Shown here: piece after piece, positions 40,452 through 47,188 of the stretch
Numbering within the stretch: position 1 is the first letter of the stretch
How the letters are laid out: the number at the start of each line of letters is the position of its first letter
Assembly (NCBI GenBank): GCA_946549475.1
Contig: CAMNQO010000001.1
Location: 1-47,188 of the forward strand
Reading direction: 5' to 3'
DNA from: an uncultured Bacteroidales bacterium
Lineage (GTDB): Bacteria; Bacteroidota; Bacteroidia; Bacteroidales; UBA932
Length of the DNA: 47,188 bases
The notes under the pieces: model-generated
Databases searched by the model: none
Seen by the model: the letters and a program-made list of their open reading frames with translations, nothing else
What the model was told of the DNA's origin: nothing
Translations under genes and position numbers: made by a program

Positions 40452-42512
40452 TCATTCATGAAAAACCGGCCCGGGCAGCATCGGCATGAGTTTCGGCGGT
40501 ATGTTCTCTGTCGCGCTTCGCATCGTATAGGCGGATACGACATCCCGCAGGGGATCGGACGGATCATCTTTGCTGAAGAAGGTCCCTGTGTCGAAGGTTT
40601 CTCCGGCGATGGAAAGAATCCGTCGGACGATGATCATTCTTTGCCATGTGGAGAAGTAGCGCCGGTTGTCTATCATGCAACTTATTTTCTCACTGCGCCA
40701 GCGGTTGAATACCGACACCATCCCACCTTGCCAGACTCCGATACGATCATACAGAGGATTCAGACTTGTCAGTGTCGGGAGGTTGTCCAGCAGTTCTTCC
40801 TTCCAAGGAGGATCGCTGTAACTCGCCGATATATTCAATCCATAGGGCACAGACCAGAAGTGGCTGGCTATTTCCGTTACGACGCTCAGGTAACTGTTGT
40901 ACCAGTATTCATCCAGCAATCTCGAGAAGCCGTGGCCGCCAAATTCATGGATCAGCACATTTTTCCAATCTCCTGTCGATATTCCCAGCGCTTGTTTTTC
41001 CGTGCTGGTGACCGTGCGCGTTCCTCCTGCAGCCGATTCGTCGCTGGCTGCCTCTATGCCGGGATAGGCCCATGTCAGTCCATTTCCTTCGTTGATATAA
41101 GGTACCATTCCCACGCATCTTCCGTTGGAATAGGTGTGGCAGATTCCGCCATAGCGCGTATCGTTGATAATCATTAAAACGGGAACATCGATGGCACTAT
41201 GGACGCCGTTGACGATATCGGGACAGTGGTCTTCCACAAAAGCCAGCACTTTATCCAAATCCGCCGTCATATCATTGTAGGAGTCTGTACCCCATGACGA
41301 TTGAAAATATGTGTCCCGTGCTGTCGTGACCGTACCGTTTCCATCCGTGATGCTCGCCCCGGACTCATTTGAGGCTACTTTCAGAATCCAGACATTGAAA
41401 TATTCTTTGTAAGTTTTGAATGGTTCTGTTGAGAACATGGCATCGATTCCGCTTTTGGCCAGCAGTTCATAGTCATCCAGTTCTTCTTCCTGGAATCCTT
41501 CCGGTATTACTGCGACAGATACAGGTGTTTTTCCGGAGGTTGCTTCGATATAAAGTATTGCGTCATTTCTTTCTTCTTCTTCCAGTGTGTCTCCAATATC
41601 AATCGTTCCCAAGTCTGAAATAACGGAACGGACTAATGGCAGGTGATTGCTCGAAATCAATGTCTTTGTCTGTGTCCCGTCTGAAAACAGCATGGAGAAA
41701 CCGGATTGTTCCCCGGGGAACACGGCGAAATAGTAATCTTTTCCGGTCTCAAAATTACCCGTCAGCGTCACTGTTCGGGAAGTAATGTCCCCATCAAAAT
41801 AAATTTCCCTGGTCAGTGTCGGTGTACCGTCTTCCTCCGTCATCAGGACCGAGTCTCCCGCTAAAGCGGAAATCCCTTTCAGGCTGACGGATGTCACGCT
41901 GCTTACAGCCGATCCAAGCAAACGGAATTTAACAAAAGAAACTGCGTTAAAAAAATGAAAATCAGATACTTGTGTATTTATTTTACATAGTGAGACCGCT
42001 GCTCCCTGACTGACGGAGCCCGGTGTGGCCGTTTGCGTAACAGGCACATTTACGCCAAAGATGGGCTCATTATTGTACAATGACAGTTTTGTTGCTTCCG
42101 GGTAGATGCTGAAGCAGGGCCCGGTGCTGACCGTATAGTTGTAGTTGAATTGGGCGCTTGCACCGCCGCCCGGGGTCGTATAAACGGAATAATTGAATCT
42201 GTCGCTCAATGCGTTGTAAGCGTACATCGTGAATTTGTCTCCCGCATCCCATACGACCGTTGCATAAGATGTGTCATCGCTGAGTTCCGTGTGCGTTTTT
42301 ACGCTTTTTTCTTTTGCGCAATGTTCAGCATTCGCCGTTCCTGGTGAAAAAACACCGGGCGTCATTGCGTCTTTCATGTCCTCCATCAGCCAGATATCCG
42401 TTTTTTCCGTTTCATTTTTCAGGTTGCTGCTCTGATTGGCTGATTCTAATCGGGAGCAAGAGAAGCATACCGATACCCAGGCTGCCAGTATGATCGTACT
42501 GTATTTATTCAT
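40452..42512 (-). CDS. Lipoprotein: fimbrillin-like N-terminal domain plus M64-family metallopeptidase
   Basis: Lipobox CFSC; VVWDAGDK...YP...VPVTQ...YYFAVFPG pilin-like block; M64-like EGF...F.TEPFK.YK.YFNV...SNESG, HEFGGHGF..L.DEY, WRSE..SCM. Confidence 0.8.
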   Translation of the reverse strand: MNKYSTIILAAWVSVCFSCSRLESANQSSNLKNETEKTDIWLMEDMKDAMTPGVFSPGTANAEHCAKEKSVKTHTELSDDTSYATVVWDAGDKFTMYAYNALSDRFNYSVYTTPGGGASAQFNYNYTVSTGPCFSIYPEATKLSLYNNEPIFGVNVPVTQTATPGSVSQGAAVSLCKINTQVSDFHFFNAVSFVKFRLLGSAVSSVTSVSLKGISALAGDSVLMTEEDGTPTLTREIYFDGDITSRTVTLTGNFETGKDYYFAVFPGEQSGFSMLFSDGTQTKTLISSNHLPLVRSVISDLGTIDIGDTLEEEERNDAILYIEATSGKTPVSVAVIPEGFQEEELDDYELLAKSGIDAMFSTEPFKTYKEYFNVWILKVASNESGASITDGNGTVTTARDTYFQSSWGTDSYNDMTADLDKVLAFVEDHCPDIVNGVHSAIDVPVLMIINDTRYGGICHTYSNGRCVGMVPYINEGNGLTWAYPGIEAASDESAAGGTRTVTSTEKQALGISTGDWKNVLIHEFGGHGFSRLLDEYWYNSYLSVVTEIASHFWSVPYGLNISASYSDPPWKEELLDNLPTLTSLNPLYDRIGVWQGGMVSVFNRWRSEKISCMIDNRRYFSTWQRMIIVRRILSIAGETFDTGTFFSKDDPSDPLRDVVSAYTMRSATENIPPKLMPMLPGPVFHE

Positions 42513-42514
42513 CT

Positions 42515-42655
42515 TTATTCCCCCGCTTCTTCGTAATAATAAGTAAAACCCGTCTCGACAGGTATCACCGTAATGATCTCATGGCTGGCGTTGAGAATGT
42601 TGTTTTCCTCACTGATGCGAACTGTTTTCAGTGTCGGGCTCCGATAGTTGCTCAT
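42515..42655 (-). CDS. 46-aa small peptide (YxxP...ExxILxAS type), not in the ORF track
   Basis: MSNYRSPTLKTVRISEENNILNASHEIITVIPVETGFTYYYEEAGE*; promoter box TACCTTTG at 42677-42684; stop is 2 nt before the M64 gene ATG. Confidence 0.75.
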   Translation of the reverse strand: MSNYRSPTLKTVRISEENNILNASHEIITVIPVETGFTYYYEEAGE

Positions 42656-42741
42656 GCTGTCTTTCGCTTAATCTCTCAAAGGTATGACTTTTTTTGATTT
42701 TCAAAAATTGTCCTTACCTTCGCGGAAGATATGGTTGGATT

Positions 42742-43332
42742 ATGATAGATTTTATCAAAGGAAGTATTGTAGAATTGCTCCCGACCGATGTCGTCATCGA
42801 ATGTGGCGGCATCGGTTATCATGCTTTTATTTCTCTCCAGACTTATTCGCAACTCGAAGGCAAGCCTGCCGTGACCCTCTATATTCATCACATTTTGCGC
42901 GAGGATGAGGAAATGTTTTACGGTTTCGCTACCAAGGATGAGCGCCAATTTTTCCGTCTCTTGATAGGTGTTAGTGGTGTCGGGGCCAATACCGCCCGTA
43001 TGATGCTTTCTTCCCTGAATGCTGATGAAATCCGCGAGGCCATCCTGGGAGAGAATGTTGCGCGTATCAAATCCATCAAGGGTATTGGCCTTAAAACTGC
43101 CCAGCGCATCATTCTGGAGTTGAAGGATAAGGTCGTCAAAGGCGATGGCGCTGATTCTTCCGTTCTCTTTTCCGGTCAAGCTGTCAGTGCAGCGGCTGAA
43201 GAGGCGACAACGGCTTTGGTATTGCTTGGTTTTGCAAAGCCTGCTGCAAGTAAGGTTGTCAGTGCGCTCTTGAAAGATGAGCCGACTGCCAGTGTAGAGC
43301 AACTTATTAAACTTGCTTTGCAACGCCTGTAG
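42742..43332 (+). CDS. ruvA: Holliday junction branch-migration protein RuvA
   Basis: MIDFIKG, GIGY, RED...YGF, LIGVSGVG..TA, IKGIG.KTAQRIILELKDK, ALVLLGF. Confidence 0.97.
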   Translation: MIDFIKGSIVELLPTDVVIECGGIGYHAFISLQTYSQLEGKPAVTLYIHHILREDEEMFYGFATKDERQFFRLLIGVSGVGANTARMMLSSLNADEIREAILGENVARIKSIKGIGLKTAQRIILELKDKVVKGDGADSSVLFSGQAVSAAAEEATTALVLLGFAKPAASKVVSALLKDEPTASVEQLIKLALQRL

Positions 43333-43337
43333 GTTAC

Positions 43338-43353
43338 TGTTCCACGTAGAACT
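43338..43353. promoter_or_regulatory. parS-like centromere site
   Basis: TGTTCCACGTAGAACT, 2 mismatches to the palindrome TGTTCCACGTGGAACA; lies between the ruvA and mnmG stops. Confidence 0.7.
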
Positions 43354-43367
43354 TTTTCTTATTCTTA

Positions 43368-45455
43368 TTACCGACCAAAGTATATCAGCAAAACTGATAT
43401 GTCTGCCGGTGATACGCCCGATATCCTTGAGGCTTGTGCGATGGTCGTCGGAGCATATCGTTTGAGTTTTTGCCGACATTCAATGGACAGGCTTTCGATA
43501 CGGTCAAAATCAAATCCGTCCGGAATCTTCAAATTTTCCAATCTCTGAATTTTTTCAGCAAGCCGACGCTCCCTTTCGATGTATCCTTCATATTTGATTT
43601 CGATTTCTACTGACTCCAGCATTGTCCTTCGCTCATTTCTTCTCAATGTTTCCTGCATGGCGTCTTCGTCTAGATTTTCCAATGGTATGCCCGCATTCCC
43701 GGTCAATAGGGCTGTGGCTTTTTGATAGACATAGTCCTTGCTTCCTTTGTTAATCTTCGGATAAGGATCAATCTCCTTCAGTATTTTTTTGTAGTCCGTT
43801 TCCGGTAGCCATTCCTCTATATTTACCCAGTCTTCCTCAAATATTTTCTTTTTTCTGAGTGTTCCACATAGAACATTTCGATAAAAAGAATGAATATCGA
43901 CTTGAGGACGGACAATCAAGTCGGCGATTCTTTTGCGATTGGGAATGGGAGCGGAACCGACCGTTTCCAAGTAGGGATTTGCAACAGCAGGGGAGACAGA
44001 TTCGTTACGGACAAACTCGGAGAGTCGGGCGATTGTGTCGTATTTTCGCATGGTATAGTCGTAGCGATAGGAGTCAGCCAGCCCCAAAGCATATCCCTTG
44101 GGGGTCAGACGCAAATCGGCATTATCCTGACGCAGCAGAATACGGTATTCTGCCCGGGAGGTAAACATCCGGTAGGGCTCGTCCACGCCTTTCGTAATCA
44201 GGTCATCAATCAAAACGCCGATGTAAGCCTCGTCCCTGTGCAGGATAAAGTCGTCTTTCCCGCTTACTTTCCGATGCGCATTGATGCCTGCCATCAGCCC
44301 TTGTGCCGCCGCTTCTTCATATCCCGTCGTTCCGTTGACCTGTCCTGCGAGGAAGAGATTTTCTATACAGCGGGATTCCAAAGTCGGCTTCAACTGGGTC
44401 GGGTCGAAGAAATCATACTCGACGGCGTAGGCGGGTCGATAGATGATAGCCTCTTCCAGTCCTTCGATGTTGTGGAGCGCTTCCACCTGGATCTCCAGCG
44501 GAAGCGAGGAAGAGAAACCTTGCAGGTAATATTCATTGGTATTGCGGCCTTGGGGCTCCAAGAAAAGTTGGTGTGCGTCCTTATCGGCAAAAGTGCGCAG
44601 TTTATCCTCAATGCTGGGGCAGTAGCGGGGACCGATTCCCGATATTTTTCCGGAGAAGAGGGGAGAGTCTTCAAAGCCCGAGCGTAGAACATCGTGTGCT
44701 TTCGAGTTGGTGTGAACGATGTAGCAAGGCATCTGGGGATTCCCATTTTGAACGGTGGACAGGTAGGGGAGGAAAGAAAATTTTTCCGGCTCGGAATCTC
44801 CCTCCTGCCTTTGCAACCGTGCGGTGTCGATGGAGGAAATATCTATCCGGGGCGGAGTACCCGTCTTCATCCTGGCCTGACGGATGCCATATCCGGCGAG
44901 TTGTTCGCTCAACCCGTATGAAGAAAGTTCACCGATGCGGCCACCTTCAAAGTCCTGCCGTCCGATGAACAAGCGGCCGGACAAGAAGGTTCCGGCCGTC
45001 AAAACAACGCAGCGAGAATTGAATTTTGCGCCGGTTTTCGTGCAGCAGCCCGTAATTTTTCCTCCATCGAAGATAAATTTTGTGACAACATCTTCGTAAA
45101 GGTCTAAATTACAAGTAGTTTCAAGCGTTCTTCGCCAATTGGCCGAAAAGCGGTTTTTGTCGCATTGCGCACGGGGACTCCACATGGCCGGTCCCTTGGA
45201 TTTGTTGAGCATGCGGAACTGGAGCGTGGACGCGTCCGTGATGATGCCCATGTATCCTCCAAGAGCATCTATTTCTCTGACAATCTGCCCTTTAGCGATT
45301 CCTCCAACAGCCGGATTGCAGGACATTTGTCCCAGTTTGTTCAAATCCATCGAAATCAGCAGGACGGAGGAGCCTGAACTTGAAGCCGCCATGGCTGCCT
45401 CGCAACCCGCATGTCCGCCCCCGATGACAATGACATCGTATTCTTTCTTCATCAT
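43368..45455 (-). CDS. mnmG: tRNA uridine 5-carboxymethylaminomethyl modification enzyme MnmG (GidA), with a C-terminal insertion
   Basis: [73 protein letters not shown]. True start is ATG 45455 or 45452. Confidence 0.98.
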   Translation of the reverse strand: MMKKEYDVIVIGGGHAGCEAAMAASSSGSSVLLISMDLNKLGQMSCNPAVGGIAKGQIVREIDALGGYMGIITDASTLQFRMLNKSKGPAMWSPRAQCDKNRFSANWRRTLETTCNLDLYEDVVTKFIFDGGKITGCCTKTGAKFNSRCVVLTAGTFLSGRLFIGRQDFEGGRIGELSSYGLSEQLAGYGIRQARMKTGTPPRIDISSIDTARLQRQEGDSEPEKFSFLPYLSTVQNGNPQMPCYIVHTNSKAHDVLRSGFEDSPLFSGKISGIGPRYCPSIEDKLRTFADKDAHQLFLEPQGRNTNEYYLQGFSSSLPLEIQVEALHNIEGLEEAIIYRPAYAVEYDFFDPTQLKPTLESRCIENLFLAGQVNGTTGYEEAAAQGLMAGINAHRKVSGKDDFILHRDEAYIGVLIDDLITKGVDEPYRMFTSRAEYRILLRQDNADLRLTPKGYALGLADSYRYDYTMRKYDTIARLSEFVRNESVSPAVANPYLETVGSAPIPNRKRIADLIVRPQVDIHSFYRNVLCGTLRKKKIFEEDWVNIEEWLPETDYKKILKEIDPYPKINKGSKDYVYQKATALLTGNAGIPLENLDEDAMQETLRRNERRTMLESVEIEIKYEGYIERERRLAEKIQRLENLKIPDGFDFDRIESLSIECRQKLKRYAPTTIAQASRISGVSPADISVLLIYFGR
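43860..43875. promoter_or_regulatory. Second parS-like site, inside the mnmG coding sequence
   Basis: TGTTCCACATAGAACA; falls within the codons for NVLCGT on the minus strand. Confidence 0.55.
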
Positions 45456-45459
45456 TTTT

Positions 45460-45876
45460 CTAAGCCCTGATGGATAAATAGTCGTTTTCCTTTTGCCGCA
45501 TCGTTTTCTGTTCTTCCGGAGTGTGGTCGTCATATCCGATGAGATGCAGGATGCCGTGGACCATGACCCGGGCAAGTTCCTCGTCAAAACGCCCGTCGGC
45601 ATATTCTTTCGCATTCTCGCGCACGCAGTCGATGCTGATGAACAAGTCTCCGTTGAGCGTCGTCCCTTCACAATTGTCGAACGTGATGATATCCGTGTAG
45701 TAATCGTGTCCTAAAAAGCGGCGGTTGATATCCAGCAGGCAGGGGTCGCTGCAGAATATAATATTGATGTCGCCGATCCGGCGGCTTTCACGCACGGCAA
45801 CCTCTTTCAGCCATCGTTTGACGGAGGCCTTGCCTTTGAGTGAAAAACCGGTGTCTTCCTTGAAAAATCGAATCAT
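45460..45876 (-). CDS. ybeY: rRNA maturation endoribonuclease YbeY
   Basis: [32 protein letters not shown]. Confidence 0.96.
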   Translation of the reverse strand: MIRFFKEDTGFSLKGKASVKRWLKEVAVRESRRIGDINIIFCSDPCLLDINRRFLGHDYYTDIITFDNCEGTTLNGDLFISIDCVRENAKEYADGRFDEELARVMVHGILHLIGYDDHTPEEQKTMRQKENDYLSIRA

Positions 45877-45982
45877 TTTGAAAAATTTTACTGCAAATCT
45901 ACAACTATTCCCAGAAAAAATTTGAAATAAATTGAATTATTTATAACTTTGGGGGCTGGTTATGAACTAATATACAGTAAAA

Positions 45983-46678
45983 ATGAAGATAAAAAAGTCA
46001 CCTGAAGCCAACCTTGAGAAAAAGCGACTGCTCTTTACCGAACTCGGTCTGGTCTGCTCGCTGGGCATCTGTCTCATTGCCTTTGAATGGGGCTCTCGCG
46101 AAAAACAAACAGTGAGCCAATTTGAGGATATTCAACAAGTCGTTGAAGAAGAAGAGATTATCAACACGATGGTGGAGACTCCTCCTCCCCCGCCCGAAGT
46201 ACCCAAGATTCCCATTCTGTCCGATCAGATTGATATCGTGGATGACGATGCGGAAGTGGATGACGATATGTTCGTCAATCTCGAAGATGATGCCAATACC
46301 GGTGTCGAAATCATGGACTATGTGGAGGCCGTCGAGGAAGAGCAGATTGAAGAAGAGGCCATTCCTTTCCAGTTGGTGGAAGAAAAGCCTTCCTTCATGG
46401 GCGGTGATGCCAACGCATTTTCCAAGTGGGTCGGTCAGCATCTGGTCTATCCTGAGATTGCCAAGGAAAACGGCGTCCAGGGCCGTGTGACCCTCCAGTT
46501 CACGGTGGAGACCGACGGGCGTGTGACCAATGTCAAAGTGCTTCGCGGTATCGACCCTTCTTTGGATAAAGAGGCTGTCCGTGTGGTGTCCAGTTCTCCG
46601 AAGTGGAAGCCGGGTAAGCAGCGTGACCGTTCCGTGCGTGTGACCTACACCTTCCCGGTGATTTTCCAACTCCGTTAA
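45983..46678 (+). CDS. tonB: Energy transducer TonB
   Basis: N-terminal TM (AFEW), PPPPP and acidic linker, TonB_C YPEIA.ENGVQGRV...LDKEA.RVV...KWKPGKQ. Confidence 0.93.
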   Translation: MKIKKSPEANLEKKRLLFTELGLVCSLGICLIAFEWGSREKQTVSQFEDIQQVVEEEEIINTMVETPPPPPEVPKIPILSDQIDIVDDDAEVDDDMFVNLEDDANTGVEIMDYVEAVEEEQIEEEAIPFQLVEEKPSFMGGDANAFSKWVGQHLVYPEIAKENGVQGRVTLQFTVETDGRVTNVKVLRGIDPSLDKEAVRVVSSSPKWKPGKQRDRSVRVTYTFPVIFQLR

Positions 46679-46706
46679 ATCCGCGAAGAGAACATTGCAA
46701 GAGATC

Positions 46707-46748
46707 CAAGGTTGGCCGGAAGGAAACGCTTCGGTCAACCTTGTTTTT
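46707..46748 (+). terminator. Intrinsic terminator after tonB
   Basis: CAAGGTTGGCCGGA...TTCGGTCAACCTTG 14-bp stem (two G-U pairs) followed by TTTTT. Confidence 0.8.
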
Positions 46749-46758
46749 ACTGATATTT

Positions 46759-47188
46759 ATGGGTGAAAAATCTCAGATAGAAGAGAAAAAGGCCTTCAAG
46801 GCCGTGTTTGTCGGCATCATCAGGCAGAACGACGATGAAGCCCGGGTAAAGGAATACCTGGACGAGTTGCGTTTTCTGGCGGAGACAGCCGGGGCCATCC
46901 CGGACAGGCAATTTGTCCAGAAGGTGGACAAGGCAGACAAGGCAACCTATATCCGTAGCGGGAAAGTGCAGGAAATCGGGGAGTATTGCGAGGCTAACGG
47001 GATTGAATATGTGATTTTTGATGATGAACTGACCGGTGTGCAGCAGCGCAACATCGAGAAGATGCTCAAGACGGTCACCGTCATCGACCGGACCAGCCTG
47101 ATTTTGGAGATATTCTTACAGCGGGCGCGTACGGCCTATGCGCGGATGCAGGTGGACCTGGCCCGCTACAACTATATGCTGCCGCGTC
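46759..47188 (+). CDS. hflX: GTPase HflX, 5' part (runs off the window end)
   Basis: Manual translation: EYLDELRFLAETAGA...GKVQEI...VIFDDELT..QQRNIEK...VIDRTSLILEIFLQRART..ARMQVDLA.YNYMLPR. Confidence 0.95.
   Translation, partial: MGEKSQIEEKKAFKAVFVGIIRQNDDEARVKEYLDELRFLAETAGAIPDRQFVQKVDKADKATYIRSGKVQEIGEYCEANGIEYVIFDDELTGVQQRNIEKMLKTVTVIDRTSLILEIFLQRARTAYARMQVDLARYNYMLPR

Noticed and set aside
40446-42741. Mobile element call for the segment between ruvB and ruvA
   Set aside because: No integrase or transposase, terminal inverted repeats or target-site duplication were seen; only orientation and composition hint at acquisition.
45456-45671. 72-aa N-terminal extension of mnmG in the ORF track
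   Set aside because: It overlaps ybeY in another frame; MnmG homology begins at [14 protein letters not shown].

Overview
This is a GC-rich Bacteroidales chromosomal segment. The taxon call is inferred from TAnnTTTG -7 promoter boxes, signal peptides cleaved before Gln, and DUF3575/DUF4293/C-GCAxxG family genes. It is mostly housekeeping: fabF (partial), rnhB, ettA, leuS, gyrA, a RelA/SpoT homolog, ppiD-like, lptC, mfd, ruvB, ruvA, mnmG, ybeY, tonB and hflX (partial). Standouts: (1) a two-gene outer-membrane operon whose ~1,896-aa protein appears to be eight tandem OmpA-type beta-barrels, arranged as four alternating A/B pairs, plus a terminal DUF3575 barrel, preceded by an OmpA_C/TPR lipoprotein gene; (2) a probable replication origin between divergent mfd and ruvB, with two parS-like sites nearby, one inside an insertion in mnmG; (3) a fimbrillin-like/M64 peptidase lipoprotein preceded by an unannotated 46-aa YxxP peptide, lying between ruvB and ruvA; (4) an apparently inactive M28 peptidase fused to a TonB C-terminal domain; (5) a long RelA/SpoT homolog with a degenerate synthetase domain. 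I found no rRNA, tRNA, CRISPR array or transposase. All family calls come from motif recognition by eye, not database searches.
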